Source of the DNA: Massalongia carnosa
Taxonomy: Eukaryota
NCBI GenBank assembly: GCA_965645245.1
Contig: OZ287069.1
Span: 3,038,001-3,102,000, forward strand
Reading direction: 5' to 3'
Length of the DNA: 64,000 nt
In this document: positions 24,473-36,961 of the stretch, one piece after another
Position numbering within the stretch: the first letter of the stretch is position 1
Layout of the letters: each line of letters begins with the position of its first letter
The notes under the pieces: generated by a model
Told to the model about the DNA's origin: nothing
Seen by the model: the letters and a program-made list of their open reading frames with translations, nothing else
Database searches by the model: none
Translations under genes and position numbers: made by a program

Positions 24473-25102
24473 AACAAGAAGTCAGGACCAAGCCAAGCAA
24501 GTGACTCGACCTCGTTATCATCGTGGTGAGGCTCCACACCAGTTATTACTACTGTAGCTAGTCAAGGCAAAAGCAAAGGTGGTGGAGGGCGGCGGCAATG
24601 GAGGGGAAATTGGAGTTCTTGAACGAACCTTCTTTATGATACCAAAGGCTGACGTCAAAATGACGCCATTTTACTTTCCATTTCTCCTTTTCAGCCAACA
24701 TTTCTCGTACTTCCCTTTTGTCTCTCGATTCGGCCCCAAGCAGGCGTACCCGGCTATTTGCTTGTGCGACGATGACGATAATGAATGATGAGGGACATTT
24801 TTCCTTTTACACGCACACGCCCAATCCGCTCTGGTACGATCGAATCAACGCAACCAGGTCTCGCAGAAAACTATCCTGCTTGAGGCAATGAATTCCCTTA
24901 CTTCGCTGATGCATCGTGCCCTTTCCCTCCCCAACCCCTGGTGCAAGGCAGTGGCTCTTCTCTTACGATCTTGTTTTCAAAGAGAAAAAAACACACAAAA
25001 TGGTGAGAAGCGCTTGGCGGCATGGCTTTTCCTGGCTTTCTCTCCCCTCCCACTCCGGCTCGTTTGCGAGTCTCTCATCTCAAAGATCCCCGGCTTTCAT
25101 GA

Positions 25103-25131
25103 TGTTGTTGTTGTTGTTGTTGTTGTTGTTG
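25103..25131. repeat. (TGT)~9 microsatellite
   Basis: Read directly. Confidence 0.85.
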
Positions 25132-26031
25132 ATGATGTGGTTGTAGATAGGTCAGAGCGCTTTTCCAGGGGAGGTGGCCCTTTTTAGTTAGGTCTTGGCC
25201 CTTCTCGAAAAGCCTTTTACTTCATAAGCAGTAAGAAGAAACCCTAGTACTTAATCACAAAGGGTCTCCCCTTTCTCCAGTGTTGCATGACCTCTTTTGT
25301 AGGATCTACTTGCTCATGACCTCCGTATCCAGGTAGTCTCCTTCTATGTACATCCCTAGTTAATTTAGTGGGTTCTCAGGGCTCTCGTGATGTTATGTGA
25401 TGTGATGTGCTACTAAGGGGGGATTACAATGACGTAGTTTGGGGTTTTTAGTTCTCGGTACCAAACTTTTAATTATTTGTGTTGTTCCCCCGCCAGTGAA
25501 CCGAAATCCCGAATTCGAACACCCCGGAGCCTTTCTTTCGTGGGGCAGATGTGGGTTTTCCTTTAAGATAATTACTGAAGGTTAGGGTTAGGGCTGAGGG
25601 GGGGAAGGGGGCCATTTGTTTTGTCCCGGGAACGGTTCTTGAACGGTTTGGTAGTGGGTAGGGGGGGGCTGGGAACTAACCTACCCACCCATGTGTTTTT
25701 ACTATTAGGGATGGATGGATGGATGAATGGATTGATAGATTGACTGACAAATGGAGGAACGGATGGATGGGTGGATGGTCGAGGTGGATGAATAGATGAA
25801 AATCTGGAGGTTTCGGACTTTTTAACGAGAGGATGAACGGCAGGCAATATCTGTTTTTTCCCTTTTATTTTTTTTCTCCCATGACGGGATTCTAGCAAGT
25901 GTTCGCTCGTTCGAGCATGTATGGACGGAACTGGAAGGTGGGGCTGGTATGTGGGGTTCTCTCTCTTTCTATGTACATCATCCCATCCCGTTCCATCCCC
26001 GTTCCATTCAGTTTCTTCCCGCGCGCATCCC

Positions 26032-27337
26032 TTACCGGTACCGCTCTCCATCCTTCTTCTTGTACGGTAGTTTTTCGGGCTTTTTGCGCTGAAACTCGAT
26101 GTCTGCGCCCTCGACTCCGGCGCGTGTCATCACGCCCTTGGTGCCCTCGTCCCATTGGCTCCGGAACATGTTCACACCCACCGGGAGGAGCGAGTATCGA
26201 TCGTTGAAAGAGCGGAGATTGAACCTGTCCCTTTGGACTTTCGTCTTCACGGCTTCCAGATCCAGAGCCGCCCCGTCTGCCTGCTGCAGCACAAATACCG
26301 CGAGCCGGTGGTATGGCGCGCCTTTTTGAGCGAACGGAGGCAGCCATGGCAAGGCTGTTTGCGCACCTAATCGCGACAGCGGCACTGAGGTTGAGGTTGG
26401 CGAGACGGGAACGTTGACTGCCAGGAAATGGCAGCGGTATTCAAAGGCGTCGGTGGCCGCGTTTGGAACGTCCGGGTCCACGACAGCGATCGTGACGAGT
26501 CTTTCGCCCTTGTCGAAGACCTGAACGCGTAGTTTTGCGGGTATCTCGCTGATGCGCGAGTCGACGAATTCACCTGGTTGAACTGCGCGGGTGCCGAAGG
26601 CAAGGGTCACTTCGGTAATCGGATCGAGGTATGGGAGGATATCGGGTACAACGTGCATTTGTGTGATGCGTTGCATAATAAGGAGACGCCGGTATGCACG
26701 CCATTGACGGTCGGCAAGGTAGCGGTATATGGGGCGGTTCATGTCACCTGGCAACGCATTAGCAATGGATAATGGTGTCGGTAGGGGTAGTTGATAGCTT
26801 TAGACCTTCGCCATCCTCAAACCGTTTCTTAATGACCGGGTCGTTGATGTCGGCCAAGATTTTCAGATGCTCCAAATGTTTATGCATAGCTATTAGCCGG
26901 CCCTTCTTGCTCGCTTCTCCACTGCCGAGTCCAGCATCTTTAGCTTGCACTTTGGCGATTCTCTTACGCTCTTGCTCAATCTGCTTCAACTTCTCTTCCC
27001 GGTCGGCCTGGAGGATCTTACGGGCTTCTTGAAAGCATTGGTAAGGGAGCTGTTCAAAGGGGATCGAGGACTCTGCGCCTTGCAAAGCTGCTCGTCGTCG
27101 CCGCGAACCAATGGGATGTACGCCGGTTTTGAGAAGCTGCTCTTCTTCTTTACGTGTAGATACGAGCATCGGATCCAAGATGGTTAACGTGCTAGGCGTA
27201 TCTTGGAGAGATGTTTCATCGCCACTAGATGTGATGCTCGTAAGAGTTTGCCTCGAGTGTAAGATTCTTGGATTCCTTTGAATTGCGCATCGAAGACACC
27301 GAAAGGATGGGCGAATAAAGGATGCTGTAGCGGCCAT
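26032..27337 (-). CDS. MRPL35: Mitochondrial ribosomal protein mL38 (PEBP fold), 2 exons
   Basis: MAATASFIRP presequence; GSRRRRAA..PFEQLPYQCFQEAR..ADINDP; intron 26805-26748; GDMNRPIYRYL..VVDPDVP..PPFAQKGAPYHRL. Confidence 0.92.
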
Positions 27338-27814
27338 TGAAGGAGCGAATATATTTAGAAGTGGATGGAGGTGATGCACGAAATTGTGGGTTTGTATGTT
27401 GCCTTTTCCGGCCAGATGGAAGAAAGTGAAGAGTTTTCGGTGCTGTGATGGCGAGCTCCCAGTTCTGCTCCCAGTTCTGCTCTTGGAAGATATGTTCAAT
27501 ACGACGCAAATTCAATAGGTCTGTGTATGTAAATGTCATGTATCCAATACAGAATCTTCAGCGGAAGGCACTAAAAGATGTTCTCCATAGCAGTTGATTA
27601 GGGAATTTCGCGGACAACGGACATGCCCGAATGAAATGAATTTTGCTGGATATATTGTCGAGAGAGTGCAGCTTTTCCAAAGTTCTCATGCATTTGCAAA
27701 ATTTTATGCGTATGTTTGGAGCTTGAAGTTTAGGTCCGTGCTCAATTTAACATGCTGTACTCCGTAAGTAAAAATACAATTTTCTCTATCTCGGTACAAG
27801 CTCAAGAAATCCAA

Positions 27815-28746
27815 ATGACCTCCCACAGTCTTGGAAGCTCGGTTCAAAGCCTTAGGAAAATAAGTGCATTTGTTACTGTTTTCAAGGACCCGTTGATGGT
27901 GAATTATATCCATTTTGCTTATCATGGTCGCTAACCGTCAAACAGCGATGTCTTACGCCTCACCTTTCCCGCTCAATGGCTACGGAGACTCAACTGCCAC
28001 CAGCATCCAAAAATATGGCCCTTGACTTGCCGCCTCCCTTGTCACGTCGACCTGCTCCTGTAATTCCAGATGTGCTGGCGACTGTCTACCGCTTTCCTAC
28101 AATGGAACCAATGCGATTCACCTACTACCCAGCAAACCATCTGCATTTGCCTTTACGCCGCGATCTACTTCACCGAGCTGTCATCTTCGAAGGTGATGCA
28201 ACGCGACAGGGTACAGCTAGTACGAAATGGAGAGACGACGTTCGTGGCAGCGGGGCGAAGATACGGGCTCAAAAGGGTACTGGGCGTGCCCGTTTAGGTG
28301 ACAAGAAGAGTCCGATGCTCAAAGGTGGTGGTGTTGCCTTTGGGCCTCACCCTCGAGACTTTTCTACTAGGCTTCCGCGGAAAATATACGATCTGGCATG
28401 GCGAACTGCTTTGAGTTATCGATATCGGAGAGGTGAATTGATAATTGTGGAAAATGGAATTGACGTTGAATCGGATGAGCCAGATTGGATTACGAAGATT
28501 ATGCAACGGAACCATTGGGGCAACGCAGATGGCAGATCTATGATTGTCACAAGGGGGAGAAGACATAACCTGTTCGAGGCTTTGGACGGTGCTGGAAGGG
28601 AAGGGAGGGCAAAAACGGCGGAAGATGTTGACGTGAAGGATATATTGGAGCTTGGAAGGATTGTCATTGAGAAGAGAGCGTTAGACTCGATTTTGAGGAG
28701 TCATTCAAGCGATTTGAACAGAACCGTTCCTTCTGCTGTATACTAG
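27815..28746 (+). CDS. YML6: Mitochondrial ribosomal protein uL4m, 2 exons
   Basis: Probable exon 1 (27815-27898) and intron 27899-27945 are in frame with ORF 27976-28746. L4 motifs RQGTASTKWR..QKGTGRARLG..GGGVAFGPHPRDF. Confidence 0.9.
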
Positions 28747-28991
28747 ACTTTGCACTTTTTGACGGAGCGGGTATTTCAGCTTTCAATTTCGAGCACTCAA
28801 ATCACAGCACTTGATGTATTTAGCCAATTAATCAACGTGATATGCGAGCATGGCAATACTATGTTTCTAATAACCCTGACAATGATGCATTCTGGCTGTG
28901 TCCTGCCCAAAAGAAACGCCGAGGTTCGTCACTCGAAGAAAGTTTCTGGTTTCTTGCATTTACCCAATTTTCGAACACATCGTTGCCATTG

Positions 28992-30634
28992 ATGTTTCTA
29001 CGGCATCGATGCGCAACAGCATTTACGCCGCTGAGCCGGCTCTCGCGGCGATACCGATCGATCATGCCGCTCAAAGCAAAGATCCTTGAAAATGCATTCT
29101 CAACCCATGGAGAAGAGGTGCTGATTCTTATGTCCTTGAACACGTTGTAATATCGCTGACTATAACACAGATGTCAGCCCCGCCGTCTCACGAAGCACCT
29201 GGCGACGATCCGGATGATGTTTTATTCGGTTCGCATTATGGCGTTCGTACAATTGAGCTGAATCGTCCCCGCAAATTGAATTCCCTCAACAGTTCAATGG
29301 CACGTAAGATTATTTCAAGACTGAAGGTAAAGCTAGAAAAGTCGACTCCCAAAAAGTGAAACGCAGATGCTCATCGTCGGATGTCATAGGAGTGGGAAAA
29401 ATCGGAATTGGCCAATGTTATAATCATTGGCGGCGCCGGTCCTAAAGCTTTCTGCGCTGGCGGCGATGTCGCTGCTCTAGCTCTACAAAATGCCTCTGGA
29501 TCTGAAGGTCAAGAGCACTCGAAAGCTTACTTTGGTTTAGAGTATCAGCTCGATCATCTTATCGCCACGTACCCCAAACCCTACGTCGCATATATGAATG
29601 GCATTACCATGGGTGGGGGCGTTGGGCTCAGCGTTCACGCCCCATTCCGCATCGCTACCGAAAATACCATATTTTCTATGCCTGAAACATCGATTGGGTT
29701 CTTCCCAGACGTAGGGGGCTCTTTTTTTCTACCGCGGTTGGAAGGCTACATAGGGACTTATCTGGGGTTGACGTCGGAGCGCTTAAATGGGGTGAATGCA
29801 TTCTACACAGGAATTGCGACACACTATATTGATTCAAGCAGTCTGCCAAATCTAACGGCAAGGCTCAGCGAGTTGGAATTCAAAGACTACACTTCACTCA
29901 ATAGTAGACTGTCGATCATTGATGCGACAATTGAGGAATTTGTTACCGGTATCCCGCACAATGAGCCTATGATAATATCAGGGGATATGCGTAAGGCTAT
30001 TGATCGTTGTTTCAGACACAACCGGATGGAGAACATCCTGCAGGCGCTTGAGGAAGAGAAGTCGGGAAAATTAGCTGATTGGGCAACCCGGACACATAAC
30101 ACCCTTTTGGAACGCAGTCCCACAAGCTTAAAGGTTACTTTGAAGCAAATGCGTGTTGGTAGAATATGGGACATCAGCGAAGCCTTCCAGAGAGAGTTCC
30201 ATATTGCGAGTCACTTTATGACACATCCCGATTTTAATGCGGGCGTCTCAGCGCGACTAATTGATAAACCACCCTCGACACCAAAATGGAATCCTTCAAC
30301 GTTAGACGAGGTCAAGGACGGAGACGTAAATGAATTCTTTACGGTGCCAAAGGATGGAAGACGGTTAAACTTAATGGCGTACAGCACGTGGAAGGAATAT
30401 CCGGCCCAGATGGGTTTGCCCCGAGAGGTTGAGGTGGAAGAAGCTGTGCGAATAGCAGTTGGGAGCGGTGAGAAGGCTCGAAATGTGAGGCGGAGGATTG
30501 TGGATAACATGGCAAAGCAAAAAGGGGGAAAATTAGGAGTGAAGGAAAAGGTGGAGGAGGTACTTCAGCGAAATTGCGGCGTCAGTGATCATGGAGGATT
30601 AAGATGGATTCAAGAAGAATTATCGGAACTCTGA
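28992..30634 (+). CDS. EHD3: 3-hydroxyisobutyryl-CoA hydrolase (Ehd3; mS47 in the yeast mitoribosome), 3 exons
   Basis: Arg-rich presequence MFLRHRCATAFTPLSRLSRRYRS; ELNRPRKLNSL; KAFCAGGDV; GITMGGGVG; MPETSIGFFPDVG. Confidence 0.92.
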
Positions 30635-30913
30635 ATTGCAGATCCCCAATGTACCAAAGATTGTAATAAAATGTCAACTCCTAGAATGTATTGGCTTGAT
30701 ACTAGTGTTTTGCTCGAAGGATACGGTGCTGAATGCCATCTTACGAAGATCAAGCAAACTCGTCGCATACATCCCCGGGGTACAAGATATTTTGTTTTAT
30801 ATTCTCCCGCAGCATATGATATTGCCCCGGGCCAGTTCTCCATAGTTACTCCCCTACCGTCGACTCTAGCCTTTCCTTATTTGGTCCTCCAACTATTCAC
30901 TCTCAACTTGCCC

Positions 30914-31391
30914 CTAAAACCCCCCAAACGCCTTCTTCCACACCACCTTCCCCGGTATATTCATAATCTCCTCCAAAGTACTGCCTAACTTCACCACCCC
31001 ACATCTTAGCATTCTAGCATCTATCGCCACGGTCTTATGTACAAGCTCGTGCGTCTTTGGCGAGCAGTCGTATCGCATGATGAAATGGTGTCCGCTGTCA
31101 TGGAGCACTTGCGAGCGCACCTTTGGTTTCGTCAGGAGGGAGGGGCCCCAGTTGGTAAAGCCACGGACCACACCGCCCGAGGCTAGAACCAGACTGCCAG
31201 CTGTTCGGGCGATCCTGGGTAAATATTAAGCTTTAGATGAAGGCGAATCATGATAGAAGAAGGAATGAGGTGAAGGGGGAGTACTCTTTAACTTCATTAA
31301 CGTTCCCTACTCGAGCCTAGACTTCTGTTAGACTGGAATACAACTGGGGCGAAAGGTAGATACATACTACTGCTATCATCTCGTACAACAT
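30914..31391 (-). CDS. MRP17: Mitochondrial ribosomal protein bS6m, 3 exons
   Basis: MLYEMIAV|ARVGNVNEVKE|IARTAG..GGVVRGFTNWG..GHHFIMRYD..DARMLR. Confidence 0.88.
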
Positions 31392-31566
31392 CTTGCGAGC
31401 CCCAAAGATTCACCACTACGAGATCACGATTATGAAGTTGCGATGCTCTAAGACGTTAAACCGAATAGGAGATGAATCCTTGTAAGGCCGCTAGCGGGGT
31501 TTCACTATCTCACTGATACGTCAATGGCTCCTCAAATTTATTTGCTGGCGCACCATCCTCTTCATC

Positions 31567-32247
31567 ATGGCGACAATTGTAAGAACCATTCTACCAATAA
31601 CGAGACCGGTCGACTCGCTGTTTTCTCAATCCTGTCTCTATCGAAGAATATCACCCAAACAAGGCATCTGCAAAACCAGACTACTCTATCCAAGATGGAG
31701 TGCAAAGGCGTTCACAAACTCAACAGCCCGTAAATAATATTGGCAGAAACGAGCAACAAGTTCATATAGCTGACATGTTCAATTATCTAGTCTATGAGAA
31801 GAAATATACCAAAGACCATGAATGGATCGAGCTCTCGGACGACGGCAAAATTGGTCTGTCTCCCTTTTCATCCCTCAACTCAACTCACTTTAAACCACCC
31901 AAATCGCTTAAAATTCCATACTATGTATACCAGGCACAATTGGCATATCAGAATTTGCAGCAAATGCCCTAGGCGACGTTGTCTACATCGAACTCCCAGC
32001 CCTCGACACCGAGATCCACGCCGGCGACACCATTGGTGCAGTCGAATCTGTTAAATCCGCCTCAGATATCCTAACGCCGCTTTCCGGGAAGGTCGTCGCG
32101 AAAAATGATTTCCTGGAGGAGAAGCCCGGGTTCATAAATAAGGAACCGGAGGGCAAGGGGTGGATTGCTCGGATCGAAGTTGTGCCGGGGGAAGAGGTGG
32201 AAGGGTTGATGGGAAGGGAGGAGTATAGGAAGTTTACGGAAGAGTAG
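31567..32247 (+). CDS. GCV3: Glycine cleavage system H protein, 3 exons
   Basis: Presequence exon; KYTKDHEWI; GTIGISEFAANALGDVVYIELP; lipoyl-lysine motif AVESVKSASDI; TAG 32245-32247. Confidence 0.93.
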
Positions 32248-33455
32248 GGGAGTGGGTTTAGCTCTGGAATGCATGGGTTAAAGAGTCTGTGGGGTTTTTC
32301 TTGGGTTTCACGGTATGGAAGGTGAAAATGGTTGCTTCAACGCACTACTTCGCTGGGTTGGGTACATAGATTTGTGAATTCCGTCCGGAGTATTATCTTG
32401 AGGGCATTCAAAAGTTGAGATATACTATCTGTGATTGGGGTGGATATCCGCAGCTCCGTTTGAGTTTTGGTCTTTGTGTGGCTGCAGCTACGGTTGCTTC
32501 GGAGAGAACGATATCGCGAAGCCTGGCTTCTCCAGTCTACTTTTAAATAAGAGCGTCCAACCTAGCAGGCAAGGGAGAGATCTTTCACAGGTATTTCCTC
32601 CCACCAAAATTTTACCTGGATTGGCTAACAATACTGCATTGGACACATCTCCTGGGAGTCTGCGGACGGTCAACAGCGGTAGATATATGTTACTGTTCAG
32701 AAGATTACAGTTTCCTCAGTATCGAATGTCTTTATCTTACTTTGAAAAGTCCTGTTCATAGCCACTCACCTGCCTTTCTCTGACTTACTTTCATTCCAAC
32801 CCTTTACTACTGTTCTTCTCCACTTCTCCTTATTCCTATTTATCAATTATTACCTCCTTGAAGCACCCAGCAATTTCTTTTGCCTAATTTTTCCTCCGTC
32901 CACGCAATTCAAACTTAAAACCACCTCCTCAATATACAAAGTCTGTCGACCTCTTCCATGTCCGACTCTGTTTGTCACAGGAAGGAAGATAGATTTTCTC
33001 CTAAGAAGCCCATCGCTGACGATAACTGAATACATAATGCAAACGGTGCTCCTGACCTCGATCAGGAGCGTCGGCCATGGTAATGGGATATTTGCCATTT
33101 TGCCTTTCTCGTTCCCTTTCGTTTTAGTTACTCTTGTTATTCTTGTCCTTGTTTTCTTTTTTCGGCTGAAATAAAATAAAGCATGGAAATTCCGGGACCG
33201 CTAGAGGTTAGTGGTAAAGAAAGAACGAATAAAGTGAAATTACACAATGGGTCTGTCTGGAAGAAGGGAAAGTGGGAGGGCAAAATTAATCTTTTCATCC
33301 TATCTCAATCAGCCAATCCCCCTTTCATGCCTAACTTACCTCTTTCTGTCTCTTTCGACTGCCTCGCCTCCCCTCCTCCTAGCAGTTCCTTTCCCTTTCA
33401 CTTCTTATATCCCTTATCCCTCTCCCCAAACTCCCGAAACCTCCCCACTATCTGA

Positions 33456-33456
<1 letters not shown>

Positions 33457-33534
<78 letters not shown>
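33457..33534. repeat. Perfect (AGT)26 microsatellite
   Basis: 78 uninterrupted nt between the GCV3 and MGM1 3' ends. Confidence 0.95.
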
Positions 33535-34009
33535 TAAATAAGTACCCTAGTTTAGCCCCCTTACCTCACCCTACCTGCTGTATTCATCTACCTATATACC
33601 CATGTACCTGCCTAATCCACCTACTCGCTGTAACTTGTACCTACAACACACCTATCTAGCCAGTCACCCAGATCCCTACATACAACAATGTATATATACA
33701 CGTTCAAACGTCCGGCCAAGAAGGGCAACCCCTCCCCACTAAAAAACAAAAGGAAGCGGGAGTTTGGAGATTTGGGGATCGGTTCGGTGCTCTTTGTAGC
33801 CTTTTTCTTGTAACAGGCACGCTTGGGGGGGTCATGAGAGATATATAGGAGGAGTGAGGTAGGATTGGGGGAAATCGTATGTATGATGGATAGATGGATG
33901 GAGATGGTATGAATAAGCCGCCTGCTAAAATTGAAAATGAAAATGCCCGTTTCTGAAGGGAGATGAAAGAGCGCCATACCCAGACAAGACCCCATATTTC
34001 CCTAACCCT

Positions 34010-36961
34010 TCAGAACAAGCGCCACCCTTTCCCCCCTCCCCTTTCCTGGCCCCCGCCTCCTCCACCCCCTATCTTCCCCCCTCCTCCCACCCCTCCGGCC
34101 AACTTCCCACCTAACCCCTCCCTCCTCCGTTCCCTCCCTTCTAACAAGCGCAACCCCTCCATCTTCGCCAGCACCAGTTCCAGCATTTCCTTCCGGCGAA
34201 TGACATCCAGATGCCTCCGCACCTTAGGATCCTCCCGTGCGAAGCGCTCGACCTCGGCGTCGGCGAGATGACGGCCTAGGCGCGCGTCCAGCTCGCGCGG
34301 GAAATCGTGGTAGAAAGCGGCGAGCAGCTCGACGTTGAGGAAGAGCACTGCCGTCGACACGAGCTGCTCGGCCACGACGTCGAGGAAGATCTCGGGACAT
34401 TGGTATTTGGCCTTTTTGCTGGCGCATTGCGAGGATTTTAGCGCCTGCAGGCGCATTTGGAGGATGGAGGCGCGTGTACGGAGGAAAACGGCGTCTCGAC
34501 CTAAAAAGGGAGAGGTTATGAGGTCGTTTAATGATATGCTAGCTGCGCTGAAGGGCCTTACATACCTTTTGCAAGTAAAGCGGCGCTGAAGCCGCCGGCG
34601 CCGCCGACGCCGTCACCCTCGAGCACAACATCGCCCTTCAGGACACGATCGATGAAGCTCATGACATCGTTCAGCTTCCGTTTGCCGCCTACGTCGTTTT
34701 CCACGCGCTTGACGGCCGCTTCGCACGACTTGAGCTCGTTTTTCAACACGCTAGCGATCCGCTGGCGTCCCTTCGCCCATTCTGCGTCTTCAACTTCGAT
34801 TTCGTATTTGTATGGCTTGATACAATTCTCCACCTGATCGCTGGTGCTGTAGAAGCGCTCGTTCAGAATGCCTGACGCGGCGCTCGTGATAGCTTGACGC
34901 GCGAACGGATGTGCAGCGAAAGTGGACGAAGAGATTAGTCGATCAACCTCTGACTGAAGGGCTTCTGCAACCTTTGTGGTGGCTAATCTTCCTATTCCAA
35001 GTTTCGTGAGTGATGATGTTGAAGCATCGAGTTTCCGATGCCAATACAAGGACTCGGGGTCAGCCCTTGGAAGACTGATGAGTGGGTCTGGTTCAAAGGG
35101 GGGGGGAGTAAGGTCGTTGATTCTCTTGTTCCAGTAGCGTTGCGCAAGCAAATCCAAGACCTGTTGATCGAGCTCTGATTTGAGTAGTTCCTTGACCTGC
35201 GGACGCCCGAAGGCCTCTGCAAATTCCTTGAAGGAATGCTTGAAAGCATCCAGGCTCTCGGCGAGATACGATTCAGCGCTGAGGGGTCGGTCGTTGTATT
35301 GGACCTTGAATTCGTAGGTAGCTTCTTCGAGCTCTTGATGAATTGCCTCGCTGGTGCTCTGTAGACTTGCCGCCATAGTCTGCTCCAGCACATGCATCAA
35401 TTTCTTTCGTAATGTCATCGTTCCCACGGCAATTTCGGATTTATCTCCAAATTCCAGCGGATGTGCTGAGAAGTAAGCACTTTCGTTCCTCGTAATCGCC
35501 CTCGTGATATTGCCATTTCCTCTCGAGAAAAGCCCCGAAGCGTGCGGTGCACGGCTGACCACGCCAACGTACCCAAGACGTAGCGGGTATTTTTTGTCGG
35601 TGAGTATGCTCACTCCTCTGGCAGGGTCCACCAGGTCCATTTTTGTTACCACTCCTATTGTTCTCTCTCCTCTTGGGTCCACGCGTCTGCTTGCACGAAG
35701 TGCTGTGGAGTTCGCTAAATCAACATCTGCAGCTGATATGGCGAGAATAACATTTGGGGGCTGAATGTATCTGTCGCAAAGATCTGCGATCTTTTGCTTC
35801 AGCTCAGGGGGTTGATCGAGCCCGGAAACTTGTATGTATCCGGGCAAGTCAATAAGAGAAAGATCGGGAACGTTGGGCGAATATATGGACAATCGGATTG
35901 GGTCGTCTGAAACACAATCCGCGGCTGGCACTGCAAGGTTGAGATCTGTCAAAGTGTTTTGGATATGGGAGAAATCTGTTATTTTCCCTAGACCTAAAGC
36001 TGGAAACTCGCCGTATTCCGTCTGTGCATCAGGGGTATTGACTAGAGTGAGCTCGATTGGCCGTCGAGTAATCATATTCGTACCCTTTGGCAAAAATTCA
36101 TGGCCTACAATTGATTCCAAGACCGAGCTCTTTCCTGACGACTGAGATCCAATGACGACGATTGAAGGTAGCGTTAAAGCGTTCGATTGACCGACGGACT
36201 GTAGCAGGCTCCTTATTTCAATCATTTTTTTCGTCAACACCATCATTTGATCATCTCGTGCAGCCTCTTCGCCTGAGCGTTCGTCATCCTCCAGTGACTG
36301 CGAATATCCGAAGGCTGCGGCAGTACCGGCAACTGCCGCCGTGCGGGCTTTGCTTTGCTGAGGTTCACCCCCTTCATGAGATGGGCCGTCATTGTTTGGC
36401 GCCCGTGCTGCCTTTGCCTTGGTTGTCAAACTCTGAAGCCATTCTGGTACTACTATCTCCTCCTTTTTTCTATCCCAACCATTCTTTGTTTGCTCTGCAA
36501 TGTCCATGAACCCTGCCAACATGCTTCCCGCTGCTCCACTAGCTAATTCACCGGTTCTCCGGACCGTATCTATCGCATAGTTGCCCGCCTCTGCCAAAGC
36601 ACCCCATCAGCTCCCTAGGACTGTTTAACCTACCAAGAGACTCACGCGTAGCCTGATACTGCAAATATGCTAATCCAGCAATCATTGCGCCCCCGAACAT
36701 GGCAGGTATCCGTACCAGCTTTAGGGCCAAGTTTGGCAAGACTCTTGCAAACGATATGGCACGCACGGCGGGAACATTATGTAAATAATTGGCTCCAAAT
36801 GGCCAAGATCGCTTTATGTTTCGCCTCAAGCCCCTTGAGAGTTGGCTGTGGAGTAACACTCCTGCAGAAGACGCAACAGGTTCATGAAGCTCCCGGCGCA
36901 AGGAGAGCAATCGGTATGGTGTTCGGCGGACAAGGCGCGCAGCCTGCATTAATCTACTCAT
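34010..36961 (-). CDS. MGM1: Mitochondrial fusion dynamin-like GTPase Mgm1, 3 exons
   Basis: Introns 36645-36591 and 34565-34501. P-loop GSQSSGKS, TRRP, DLPG, TKMD; CPEIFLDVVAEQLVSTAVLFLNVELL; RFAREDPKVRRHLD. Confidence 0.95.

Noticed and set aside
25212..25220. GCCTTTTAC, U5 snRNA loop 1 motif
   Set aside because: No enclosing stem or Sm site.
25580..25593. GG(TTAGGG)2 interstitial telomere-like repeat
   Set aside because: Only two units, within G-rich low-complexity DNA.
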